The position numbers and the translations under genes are program-made. A stretch of DNA of 63,304 nucleotides from Gemmatimonadales bacterium (GTDB lineage: Bacteria; Gemmatimonadota; Gemmatimonadetes; Gemmatimonadales; GWC2-71-9), in assembly GCA_036522875.1 (NCBI GenBank), contig DATDEZ010000056.1, positions 1 to 63,304 of the forward strand, given 5' to 3'. The notes under the pieces are model-generated. The model searched no databases and was not told where the DNA came from. It was given only the letters and a program-made list of their open reading frames with translations. Shown piece by piece: positions 47,111 to 55,836 of this stretch (within the stretch, counting starts at the first letter, position 1; every line of letters starts with the position of its first letter).

Positions 47111-47353
47111 TTAAGCGGTCCAATCTCCCGACGGCGTCGGAATCTTCACTTGTCCCATCACACGGTCGGCAAAGCCGGTCTTCGGTGCAAAGTGGGGCAG
47201 CTGGACCAATTCGAGAATGACTTTGCGCTCGCGTTCCGCTTCGACGCGGCAGAGCGAGCAATCGGCTAGATGCATGGTCCGGGCGGCGGGAAGGAGTCCC
47301 TGCGCCCAGAGCTCGATTTCGTCGGTTGTGAGGTGCATGGGGGTGTCAGTCAT
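47111..47353 (-). CDS. Short soluble anti-sigma factor with a ZAS (H-x3-C-x2-C) motif
   Basis: ORF 47111..47353 (80 aa). It contains HLADCSLC and has no TM segment. It sits 33 nt downstream of the ECF sigma gene. Confidence 0.6.
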   Translation of the reverse strand: MTDTPMHLTTDEIELWAQGLLPAARTMHLADCSLCRVEAERERKVILELVQLPHFAPKTGFADRVMGQVKIPTPSGDWTA

Positions 47354-47386
47354 GGGATGTCTTACGGCCCCGATTTGGGGTGGGTT

Positions 47387-47971
47387 TCAGTCGCGCCGAT
47401 CCTCGAGGTACCCACGCAATTCGTTACGGGCACGGTGGATATAGGTCTTCACGGTCCCGAGCGGCAGGTCGAGCGTGTCGGCGATTTCTTCATAGGAATA
47501 GCCCTCGACGTGGCGTAGCAGAATGCACGACCGGTACTCGGGTCGCAGGCGGCCGATCGCGCGTTCGATCGCGGTACCGAGCTCGCGGTTCTCCACTTCA
47601 TCCAACGGACTTTCGGCGCGGTCGCCGAGCTGCAGGGACGTCGCGCGCTGCTGCTCCGGCGTCTCCGCGCTCGGCGCGCCGTCGAGCGACAGCGTGTCGA
47701 TGCTCTTGCGCCGCAGATGATCGATCGCCGCGTTGTTGGCGATTTTGAAAATCCACGAGGAGAACTTGAATTCCGGCCGGTAGGACTTGATGCCGTTGAG
47801 GACCTTGATGAACGTCTCTTGCGCCAGATCCTCGGCGAGCGCGCGGTCGCGCACCATGCGGTAGAGCAGCGAGAAGACCGGCCGCTCATAGCGGCGCACC
47901 AGCTCGCGAAACGCGGCGTCATGGCCCTGCTTGGCCCACGCCACGATCTGCTGATCGCTGGCGGCGCTCAA
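47387..47971 (-). CDS. ECF (RpoE-like) RNA polymerase sigma-70 family factor
   Basis: ORF 47387..47971. Region 2 reads FRELVRRYERPVFSLLYRMVRDRALAEDLAQETFIKV...FSSWIFKIANNAAIDHLRR. Region 4 reads CILLRHVEGYSYEEIADTLDLPLGTVKTYIHRAR. Confidence 0.9.
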   Translation of the reverse strand: MSAASDQQIVAWAKQGHDAAFRELVRRYERPVFSLLYRMVRDRALAEDLAQETFIKVLNGIKSYRPEFKFSSWIFKIANNAAIDHLRRKSIDTLSLDGAPSAETPEQQRATSLQLGDRAESPLDEVENRELGTAIERAIGRLRPEYRSCILLRHVEGYSYEEIADTLDLPLGTVKTYIHRARNELRGYLEDRRD

Positions 47972-47996
47972 GTGGTCCGGCCTATCTTTCGCGCTT

Positions 47997-48692
47997 ATGG
48001 CTTCCCCCCGCTCCTCGGCGTACGTGCGTGACGTCTTTACGGCGATCGCCCCGCGCTACGACTTCCTCAATCATCTGCTGAGTCTCAACGTGGACCGGTC
48101 CTGGCGCCGGGCCGCGGTGGCGCGGCTTTCGTGGGAAGCAAAACCCGACGGCACCTACCTCGATCTCTGCGCCGGCACGCTCGACCTCGCCGCGGAGCTC
48201 GCCCGTCAGGACGGCTTTCGCGGCCGCGTCGTCGGCGCCGACTTCGCCGTTCCGATGCTGGCGCGGGGTCGCGGCAAAGCGCCGCGCACCGCGCCCGTCG
48301 CCGCCGACGCGCTCGCGCTGCCGTTTCGCGCCGCACACTTCGACGGCGCGCTCGTCGGGTTCGGCGTCCGCAATCTCGCCGACCTCGATGCCGGCCTGCG
48401 TGAAGCGGCCCGGGTGCTGAAGCCCGGCGCGCGATTCGTCGTACTCGAATTCGCTACGCCGCGCTTCGCGCCGCTCCGGGCCGTGTACCTCTTCTACTTC
48501 AAGCACATTCTGCCCGCCATCGGCCGGCTGGTGTCGAAACATAGGGACGCGTATACCTACCTGCCAGAGTCGGTGCTCGCGTTCCCCGAACCGGAAGCCC
48601 TGTCGCATCGCATCGCCGCCGCGGGATTCTCGCGCGTCGCGTTCGAGCGGCTGACCGGCGGCATCTGCGCGGTGCACCATGCCACTCGCTAA
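47997..48692 (+). CDS. ubiE: Demethylmenaquinone / ubiquinone C-methyltransferase (UbiE/MenG)
   Basis: ORF 47997..48692. Motifs: VRDVFTAIAPRYDFLNHLLSLNVDRSWRR, LDLCAGTLDL, GFGVRNL, LEFATP, YLPESV. Confidence 0.9.
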   Translation: MASPRSSAYVRDVFTAIAPRYDFLNHLLSLNVDRSWRRAAVARLSWEAKPDGTYLDLCAGTLDLAAELARQDGFRGRVVGADFAVPMLARGRGKAPRTAPVAADALALPFRAAHFDGALVGFGVRNLADLDAGLREAARVLKPGARFVVLEFATPRFAPLRAVYLFYFKHILPAIGRLVSKHRDAYTYLPESVLAFPEPEALSHRIAAAGFSRVAFERLTGGICAVHHATR

Positions 48693-50154
48693 CCTGCGCG
48701 AATTCCTCGGCGCGATCGATGCCGCGGGCGACTTGCGGCGCATCGAGCATCCCGTCTCCGTCGACAAAGAAATCACCGAAGTCGCCGACCGCTGCATGAA
48801 GTCTCCGGGCGGCGGACCGGCGCTGCTGTTCACCGCACCGACGCTCACGGGCGGCGCGAAGTCGCGCTATCCGGTCGCGGTCAATCTCTTCGGCTCCGAG
48901 CGTCGCATGTCGCTCGCGCTCGGCGTCGAATGCCTCGATCGCGTGGGCGACCGCATCGCCGAGCTCACGGCGCTCAAGGTGCCGGAAGGACTGCTCGGCA
49001 AGCTCGCCATGCTGCCGCGGCTCGCCGAGGTCGCGAAGTTTCCGCCGAAGACGGTCAGCCGTCCGGCATGCCAGGATACGGTGCTCAAGCAACCCGATGT
49101 GGACCTCACGCAGTGGCCCGCGCCGATCTGCTGGCCCGAGGACGGCGGTCCCTATATCACACTCGGCGGAGTAATCACGAGGAGCCCGGAATCGGGAGTC
49201 AGGAACGTGGGGATGTACCGCGTGCAGGTGCTCGGGAAGAACACGCTCGCGATGCATTGGCAGCGCCACAAAGTCGGGGCGGCGCACTGGCGGGTGATGG
49301 CCGAGCGTGGCGAGACGATGCCGGTCGCGATCGCGCTGGGCGGCGACCCGGCGAGCATCTACGCCGCTTCCGCGCCGCTGCCGCCTTCGATCGACGAGTA
49401 TCTATTTGCGGGATTCCTGCGCGGTGAGCCCGTTCGACTCGCGAAGGCCGTGACGTCCGATCTCGATGTTCCGGCCGAGGCGGAAATCGTGATCGAGGGC
49501 TATATCGACCCGCGAGAAGAGCTGGTGCTCGAAGGGCCGTTCGGCGACCACACCGGCTTCTATTCGCTGGCGGACTACTACCCGCAGGTCCACGTCACCG
49601 CGATCACGCATCGCAGCGATCCGATCTGGCCGCACACCATCGTGGGCCGCCCGCCCATGGAAGACTATTACCTCGGCCACGCGACCGAGCGGATCTTCTT
49701 GCCGTTGCTGCGCCTCACACTGCCCGAGGTCGTCGATCTGCACATGCCGGCCGAGGGAATCTTTCACAATCTCGTGTTTGTGAGCATCGACAAGCAGTAC
49801 CCGGGGCAGGCGTACAAGGTGATGAACGGATTGTGGGGGCAGGGGCTCATGTCGCTCGCCAAAGTGATCGTCGTGGTAGACAAGGACGTGAACGTGCGCG
49901 ATCCGAAGGAGGCCTGGTGGGTGGCGCTCAATCACATCGATCCCGAGCGCGACGTGCGGTTCACGATGGGTCCGATCGACGTGCTCGATCACGCGAGTCG
50001 CGCGTTTACGTACGGGTCCAAGATGGGGATCGACGGCACGCGCAAATGGAAAGAAGAAGGCTTCACGCGTGAATGGCCGGACAAGATCGTGATGGATCCG
50101 GCGACGCAGGCTCGGGTCGACGCGATGTGGAAGGACCTGGGGATTGACCGCTAA
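48679..50154 (+). CDS. UbiD-family (prFMN-dependent) decarboxylase
   Basis: ORF 48679..50154. Motifs: NLREFLGAID..GDLRRI, GGPALLF, GMYRVQV, HWQRHK, EGPFGDHTGFY. Confidence 0.9.
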   Translation: MPLANLREFLGAIDAAGDLRRIEHPVSVDKEITEVADRCMKSPGGGPALLFTAPTLTGGAKSRYPVAVNLFGSERRMSLALGVECLDRVGDRIAELTALKVPEGLLGKLAMLPRLAEVAKFPPKTVSRPACQDTVLKQPDVDLTQWPAPICWPEDGGPYITLGGVITRSPESGVRNVGMYRVQVLGKNTLAMHWQRHKVGAAHWRVMAERGETMPVAIALGGDPASIYAASAPLPPSIDEYLFAGFLRGEPVRLAKAVTSDLDVPAEAEIVIEGYIDPREELVLEGPFGDHTGFYSLADYYPQVHVTAITHRSDPIWPHTIVGRPPMEDYYLGHATERIFLPLLRLTLPEVVDLHMPAEGIFHNLVFVSIDKQYPGQAYKVMNGLWGQGLMSLAKVIVVVDKDVNVRDPKEAWWVALNHIDPERDVRFTMGPIDVLDHASRAFTYGSKMGIDGTRKWKEEGFTREWPDKIVMDPATQARVDAMWKDLGIDR

Positions 50155-51040
50155 TCGAGAAGGTCAGACGTTCGAGGGCGAGTCCCTGTTCGTTCGCTAC
50201 GTCAACTTCGTGAAACTCCCCCATACGGTCTTCGCCCTGCCATTCGCGCTGCTCGGCGTGGTCCTCGCGTCGTACCGCTATCCGGTGACGTGGCGCATCG
50301 GCGTCCTCGTGGTCGTGGCATTCACGGCGGCGCGGTTCGTGGCCATGGGCTTCAATCGGATCGCCGACCGGCGCATCGACGCGCGCAATCCACGCACGCA
50401 GGGGCGCGAGCTGCCGGCGGGGCGATTGACCGTGAGCCAGGCGTGGGCCGCGGTGCTCGCCGCGATGGTGGTGTTCCTGTATTGCGCCTGGGCGCTCAAT
50501 CCGTTTTGTGCGGCGCTGGCGCCGGTCGCGTTGATCTGGATCGCGACCTACAGCTACACCAAACGCTTCACGGACTGGTCGCATCTGTGGCTCGGCGGCG
50601 CCCTCGCCATCGCGCCGGTTGGCGGCTATGTCGCGGTCACGGGCGGCTGGAGCGATCCACCCTCGCTGTTGATTCTCCTCGCGGTCGCCGTCGCCTGTTG
50701 GGTCGCCGGCTTCGACATCTTCTATGCGCTGCAGGATGAGGCGTTCGACCGTCAGGAAAGACTGCGGTCGCTCGTCGTGCGGTTGGGGCAGGGATGGTCG
50801 ATCATCACCGCCAAGCTGCTACATGGGGCAGCGATGGCCGCGTTGATCATCTTCGGCAAGCTCGCGGGATTCGGCCTGCCCTATTTTGGCGGCGTCATGA
50901 TGGCGATCATCGTGATCGGGTGGGAGCACCGCCAGGTGAAGCCCGGCGACCTTTCCAAGCTCAATGCCGCATTTTTCACGGCCAACGGGATTGTCAGCAT
51001 CGTCGTGTTTCTGGGCGCGCTGGTGGATCGGATCCTATGA
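50144..51040 (+). CDS. UbiA-family aromatic prenyltransferase
   Basis: ORF 50144..51040, starting at TTG with an 11-nt overlap with the ubiD-like gene. Motifs: FVKLPHTVFALPFALLG, NRIADRRIDARNPRT..RELP, YSYTKRF, DIFYALQDEAFD. Confidence 0.9.
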   Translation: MTANREGQTFEGESLFVRYVNFVKLPHTVFALPFALLGVVLASYRYPVTWRIGVLVVVAFTAARFVAMGFNRIADRRIDARNPRTQGRELPAGRLTVSQAWAAVLAAMVVFLYCAWALNPFCAALAPVALIWIATYSYTKRFTDWSHLWLGGALAIAPVGGYVAVTGGWSDPPSLLILLAVAVACWVAGFDIFYALQDEAFDRQERLRSLVVRLGQGWSIITAKLLHGAAMAALIIFGKLAGFGLPYFGGVMMAIIVIGWEHRQVKPGDLSKLNAAFFTANGIVSIVVFLGALVDRIL

Positions 51041-51218
51041 AACACGTGCGGCGTGCCGCGTGTGGAGTGCGGCATGTCTAGGAAGGGTCCTCACGGTAAA
51101 CAGCCTCGGCTTTCGACGCCGCACGTCACACGCCGCAAGCCGCGCGTGAATCCTCCTCGCCCTTCCGTGCATCCGAAGCGCAGTCCGACGCCGAATCGAC
51201 GCGGGCGCTAGCGAGAGC

Positions 51219-53351
51219 TCAGGGCTTCGGCTTGTCTGCGAGCCCCGCCAGGTCGAGCAGGAACGCATACTCGAACGCCACGTCGCGCCAGTGTTTGTAG
51301 CGTCCCGACGCGCCGCCGTGGCCCGCTTCCATGTTCGTGCGCAGCATGAGCAGGTTGTTGCCGGTCTTCATCGCCCGCAGCTTCGCCGTCCACTTGGCGG
51401 GCTCGACGTAGAGCACCTGCGTGTCGTACAGTCCCGCGGTGATCAGTAGATTCGGGTAGGTCTTGTGCGCGACGTTGTCGTACGGTGAGTACGACAGCAT
51501 GTAGCGATAGAACGTCGAATCGTGCGGGTTGCCCCACTCGTCGTACTCGCCGGTCGTCAGCGGAATCGTCGAATCCATCATCGTCGTGACGACGTCCACG
51601 TAAGGCACGCCGGCGACGACCCCCTTGAACAGCTCCGGCCGCATCTCGACGACGGCGCCCATCAACAAACCGCCGGCGCTGCGACCCGTCGCGAACAGCC
51701 GGTCGGACGACGTGTAGCCGCGGCGGATCAGGTCGTCGGCGACGTCGACGAAGTCGGTGAAGGTGTTTTTCTTGTGGAGCTGGCGCCCGTTCTCGTACCA
51801 CTCCCGTCCCATCTCCGAGCCGCCGCGCACGTGCGCGATCGCGAACACAAACTCGCGATCGAGCAGCGACAGGCGATCCGATGAGAACGTGGGATCGCTG
51901 CTCGCGCCGTACGAGCCGTACCCGGTGAGCAATAAGGGCGCGGGACGAGCCGTGCCTTTGCGATAGACCAGCGAGACCGGCACACGAGCGCCGTCGCGCG
52001 CCGTCGTATAGAGCCGCTCCGTCACATAGCTCGCCGGATCGAAGCCGCCCAGGATTTCGTCGCGCTTGAGCAGCGTCTTCTGGCGCGTGCCCATGTCGTA
52101 GTCGTAGATCGACGTCGGCGTCGTGAGGGAGGTGTAGCCGTAGCGCAGGACGTCGCTATCGAATTCCCGGTTCGTGCTGGTGTACGCGAGATACGCGGGC
52201 TCGCCGAAGTCGAGATAGTGCTCGGCGCCGCCGGTCCACGGCCGCACCCGCAGGTGCACGAGCCCATCCTTCCGCTCCGTCAGCACCATGTAGTTGCGAA
52301 ACATCTCCATGTCTTCGATCAAGACGTCCGGCCGATGCGGAATGACCTCCTGCCAGTTGTCGCGGCCGGGATTCGCCACCGGCGTGCGCATCAGCCGGAA
52401 ATTCTTGGCGTGGTCGTTCGTGAGGATGTAGAACGAGTCGCCGAAGTGGTCGACGTAGTACTCGTGCCCGCGCTCGCGCGGGATGACGACGCGCAGCGCC
52501 GCGGTCGGCTGGTTCGCCGGCAGATAGTGGTATTCCGTGCCCATCGTCTGCCAGGACTCGATCAGGATGTACTGGCGCGACTTCGTCTTCGAGACGGACG
52601 TGTAGAACGTCGCGTCCGTATCCGCGAAGACGAGCTGGTCGGTCGCGGGATCGGTGCCGAGTACGTGCCGATAGATGGCGCTCGGCCGCACGGTGACGGG
52701 GTCGGGCTTCGTGTAGAACAGCGTGCGGTCGTCCTCGGCCCAGGCGAGCCCGCCGATGGCGCTCGGGATCACGTCGGGCAGCATCGCGCCCGTGCGCAGA
52801 TTCTTGAAGTGCACGGCGCTGACGCGGCCGCCCGTCGTGTCGACCGCGAACGCGAGCACGTCGTCGCCCGAGCTCACCTGCAGGTCGCGAATCACGAACG
52901 TCGGCTTGCCCTCGGCCATGATGTTCGCGTCGATCAGAATCTCTTCCGGAGCGGTGAGCGAGCCGCGCTTCCGCGCGTAGATGGGATAGTTCTTGCCTTC
53001 GACGAGCCGCGTGTAATAGAAGAAGCCGCCCTGGCGATACGGCACGGACTGGTCGTTCTGTTGGACTCTGCCTTTGAGCTCCTCGAACAAGCGATCCTGC
53101 AGCGCTTCCGTATGCGCCATCATCGCCTTGGTGTACGCGTTCTCGTCTTCCAGGTACCGAATGACCTCCGGATTGTTGCGATCCTTGAGCCAGTAATACG
53201 GATCGGTGCGCACGGTGCCGTGCTCTTCGAACCGGTATGGTCGCACGGCGGCGACGGGAGGTGTCGGCATGGCACTCGAAGGGGGAGCCTGGGCAATCAT
53301 AACACTCGGCACGATGGCCATCGCGGCCACACAGCGGGCGCACGTGAGCAT
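51219..53351 (-). CDS. ptrB: Oligopeptidase B / prolyl oligopeptidase family S9A serine protease
   Basis: ORF 51219..53468, with the start at ATG 53351 (signal-like MLTCARCVAAMAIVPSVMIAQAPP). Motifs: DPYYWLKDRNNPEVIRYLEDENAYT, a beta-propeller region, GRSAGGLLMG (catalytic Ser), DTQV and HGG. Confidence 0.85.
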   Translation of the reverse strand: MLTCARCVAAMAIVPSVMIAQAPPSSAMPTPPVAAVRPYRFEEHGTVRTDPYYWLKDRNNPEVIRYLEDENAYTKAMMAHTEALQDRLFEELKGRVQQNDQSVPYRQGGFFYYTRLVEGKNYPIYARKRGSLTAPEEILIDANIMAEGKPTFVIRDLQVSSGDDVLAFAVDTTGGRVSAVHFKNLRTGAMLPDVIPSAIGGLAWAEDDRTLFYTKPDPVTVRPSAIYRHVLGTDPATDQLVFADTDATFYTSVSKTKSRQYILIESWQTMGTEYHYLPANQPTAALRVVIPRERGHEYYVDHFGDSFYILTNDHAKNFRLMRTPVANPGRDNWQEVIPHRPDVLIEDMEMFRNYMVLTERKDGLVHLRVRPWTGGAEHYLDFGEPAYLAYTSTNREFDSDVLRYGYTSLTTPTSIYDYDMGTRQKTLLKRDEILGGFDPASYVTERLYTTARDGARVPVSLVYRKGTARPAPLLLTGYGSYGASSDPTFSSDRLSLLDREFVFAIAHVRGGSEMGREWYENGRQLHKKNTFTDFVDVADDLIRRGYTSSDRLFATGRSAGGLLMGAVVEMRPELFKGVVAGVPYVDVVTTMMDSTIPLTTGEYDEWGNPHDSTFYRYMLSYSPYDNVAHKTYPNLLITAGLYDTQVLYVEPAKWTAKLRAMKTGNNLLMLRTNMEAGHGGASGRYKHWRDVAFEYAFLLDLAGLADKPKP

Positions 53352-53367
53352 GCGGGCATTTAACGCT

Positions 53368-53970
53368 ATGTTTCGGGCCGTGGCAACCCCGTCAGCGCCG
53401 CTCGTTCTCGCGATCACCGGTGCATCCGGCGCGCCGTACGCGGTGCGGCTGCTCGAGCTGCTCGCCAACTATCACATCCCCACCTGGTTACTCGTCTCGA
53501 CCCACGGCTGGCGTCTCTTGAACGAAGAGTGCGGCATCAAGGACGAAGCAGGGCTCAAGAAGGCCACGGGCGGCGATTGGGCGAGCGTTCGCGCCTTCAA
53601 CGATGCCGATCGCGGCGCGGAGCCGGCCTCCGGCTCGGTGGCGACGCAGGGGATGGTGGTGTGCCCGTGCTCGATGGGGACGCTGGCCGCGATCGCGCAC
53701 GGCACCAGCCGTTCGCTGATCGAGCGCGCCGCCGACGTCACGCTGAAAGAGCGCCGCAAACTCGTGCTCGTGCCGAGAGAGACGCCGCTGTCGCTGGTCC
53801 ATCTACGCAACATGGTCCAGGCGGCCGAATCAGGCGCGGTCGTGCTGCCCGCGGCACCGGGATTTTACCAGCGGCCCAAGGAGATCGGCCAGCTGGTCGA
53901 CTTCGTCGTGCAACGCATCATCGACCACCTGGGGCTCGACATCCACCTGATGAAAGGGTGGCAGGGCTGA
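53368..53970 (+). CDS. ubiX: Flavin prenyltransferase UbiX
   Basis: C-terminal part of ORF 53206..53970. It reads LVLAITGASGAPYAVRLLELL, MVVCPCSMGTLAAIAHG, RKLVLVPRETPL and HLRNM. ATG 53368 is the likely start. ATG 53350 would overlap the ptrB ATG within the palindrome CATG. Confidence 0.9.
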   Translation: MFRAVATPSAPLVLAITGASGAPYAVRLLELLANYHIPTWLLVSTHGWRLLNEECGIKDEAGLKKATGGDWASVRAFNDADRGAEPASGSVATQGMVVCPCSMGTLAAIAHGTSRSLIERAADVTLKERRKLVLVPRETPLSLVHLRNMVQAAESGAVVLPAAPGFYQRPKEIGQLVDFVVQRIIDHLGLDIHLMKGWQG

Positions 53971-54398
53971 TGGACGTGCGGGAGCTCTTGTCGCGCGACG
54001 TCACGCCCGAGCTCTATCGCGAGGTCCGCGAGCTGTGGAAGGCGCACTCGATCGCCGAAGACCGGCGCGATATCGCGGGACTGATCGCGACGCTGACGCC
54101 CGACTGCGTCTACGAAGTCGTCGGTGAGCCCGGCGCGCGCTGGGAAGGGCACGCCGGTGCCACGAGTTTTTACATGGGACTGCTCGGCGCGTTTCCCGAC
54201 ATCCACTTCGATCTGCAGCAGATCGTCATCGGACCGCAGGGTGTGTGCGAGGAGGCGAAGGTGACGGGCACGCACAAGGGGCAGTGGCTCTCGCACGCGC
54301 CGTCCGGCGCCAAGATCGAGTTTCGCGTCGTGATCTTCTTCCCGTGGGATCCCAAGGCAAAGAAGTTCAAAGGAGAGCGCGTGTTCGCGCAACTATGA
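53970..54398 (+). CDS. SnoaL-like / ester-cyclase (NTF2-fold) protein
   Basis: C-terminal 142 aa of ORF 53529..54398, with ATG 53970 sharing 1 nt with the ubiX TGA. It reads LTPDCVYEVVG...FYMGLLGAFPDIHFDLQQIVIGPQGVCEEAKVTGTHKGQWLSHAPSGAKIEFRVVIFF. Confidence 0.7.
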   Translation: MDVRELLSRDVTPELYREVRELWKAHSIAEDRRDIAGLIATLTPDCVYEVVGEPGARWEGHAGATSFYMGLLGAFPDIHFDLQQIVIGPQGVCEEAKVTGTHKGQWLSHAPSGAKIEFRVVIFFPWDPKAKKFKGERVFAQL

Positions 54399-55825
54399 TC
54401 GCAGTGCTCGCATTCCTTCTTGTGGCGCAGGACACGACCTTTGGGTCGAGCCGGTGTGGCTCGCTCCCCGGCCCAACGACTCGCGACACGATCGACAACA
54501 CCGTGCTCGCGTGGATGCGGCAGTCGCGCACACCGGCTACACAGGTCGCGATCGTGCGCGGGCATGCCGTCACCGAGCGTGTCTACGGATGGGCGGATCT
54601 GGCGACCTGCACGCCGGCATCGGCCGAGACGCGGTTTGGCATCGGCTCCATCACGAAGCAAATGACGGCGCTCGGCACGTTGATCCTGGTCGAGCAGGGC
54701 AAGCTGTCATTGGACGACTCGATCTCGCGCTGGCTGCCCGAGTCCGGCGTTGCCTGGCGTGGCATTACCGTCCGGCACGTGCTGACGCATACGTCCGGGA
54801 TCCGCGACTCGGGGCACGACGACCCCGTGTATCCCCAAATCGAGATCGACAAGAAGATCGAAACGACCGATTCGGCGCTGATCGCGCGACTCGCCCAGGA
54901 CCCTGTGAACTTTGCGCCCGGCGAGGGATGGGCGTACTCGAACACGGGCTATCTCCTGCTGAGCATCATCGTCGGTCGCGCGGGCGGCGCCTCGTTTCCC
55001 GTATGGATGCACGAGCACGTCTTCGAGCCGCTCGGCATGCATGCGACGCGCTTTTTCGATCCCACCGAAATCATTCCGGCAATGGCGCGCGGCTACTCAC
55101 TGGAGCGCGGCAACCGGCTGCGCCTCGGCTTCTACAGCAGCCGCTCCTACAGCCAGCGCGGCGACATGGGTGTCGTGTCGACGGCACACGACATGGTTCT
55201 CTGGAGCGCCGAGCTCGATTCGTCGCGACTCGTGAGCTCCCCGTCGCACGCATTGATGCTTTCTCCGACGCGGCTGCGTGACGGGACGGCATTTCCGTAC
55301 GGCTTCGGTGTGATTCTCGACGACTATCGCGGCGAACCGATCGTGCGGCACGGCGGCACGTACGCCGCCGGCTACTCGGCCGAAATCAGGACGTTGCCGG
55401 AACGCGACCTGGCCGTGGTCGTCCTGACGAACCAGCATCAAGGAAACCCGTGGGACTTGGCCGGCCGCCTGATGGGATTGGCGGATTCGTCGCTCCGCGC
55501 CATCTCGTCACTGCCCGCGCAGCGCGATCCGACACCGTCGCGCACCCAGCGGCTCGCCGCGCTCATCAACGGCGACAGCATGGCGGCGCCCGCAACCCTC
55601 GCGTGGCGGCGGCTGATGTATCCGCAGATCCGCGGCTTTCTGTCCCAGGCGCCCCATCCGCTGGCGGTGGAATTCATCGCGTGCGACGACGTCGCGCGCC
55701 GGCACATCGACCGCTTCGGCGGGATGGCGGTGCGAGAGTGCTTCTATCGGCTGCGCCCCATCGACATGACGCTCGGCGTCCTGTACACAGCGGACGACCG
55801 CATCAATGGAATGTTCCCGCGCTGA
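54395..55825 (+). CDS. Beta-lactamase-family serine hydrolase (class C / DD-peptidase-like)
   Basis: C-terminal 476 aa of ORF 54245..55825, with ATG 54395 in an ATGA overlap. It has the SxxK motif in FGIGSITKQMTA, the YxN motif in WAYSNTGYLLL, and VLTHTSGI. Confidence 0.8.
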   Translation: MIAVLAFLLVAQDTTFGSSRCGSLPGPTTRDTIDNTVLAWMRQSRTPATQVAIVRGHAVTERVYGWADLATCTPASAETRFGIGSITKQMTALGTLILVEQGKLSLDDSISRWLPESGVAWRGITVRHVLTHTSGIRDSGHDDPVYPQIEIDKKIETTDSALIARLAQDPVNFAPGEGWAYSNTGYLLLSIIVGRAGGASFPVWMHEHVFEPLGMHATRFFDPTEIIPAMARGYSLERGNRLRLGFYSSRSYSQRGDMGVVSTAHDMVLWSAELDSSRLVSSPSHALMLSPTRLRDGTAFPYGFGVILDDYRGEPIVRHGGTYAAGYSAEIRTLPERDLAVVVLTNQHQGNPWDLAGRLMGLADSSLRAISSLPAQRDPTPSRTQRLAALINGDSMAAPATLAWRRLMYPQIRGFLSQAPHPLAVEFIACDDVARRHIDRFGGMAVRECFYRLRPIDMTLGVLYTADDRINGMFPR

Positions 55826-55836
55826 GGGAACCGGCA

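Noticed and set aside
47111-47971. The ECF sigma/anti-sigma pair, considered as the missing output of the stressosome module.
   Set aside because: It is on the opposite strand, 2.2 kb away, separated by MATE and DUF62 genes, and it has its own terminator. Stressosome outputs act through RsbU/V/W-type partner switching, not ZAS anti-sigmas. I see no evidence for a link.
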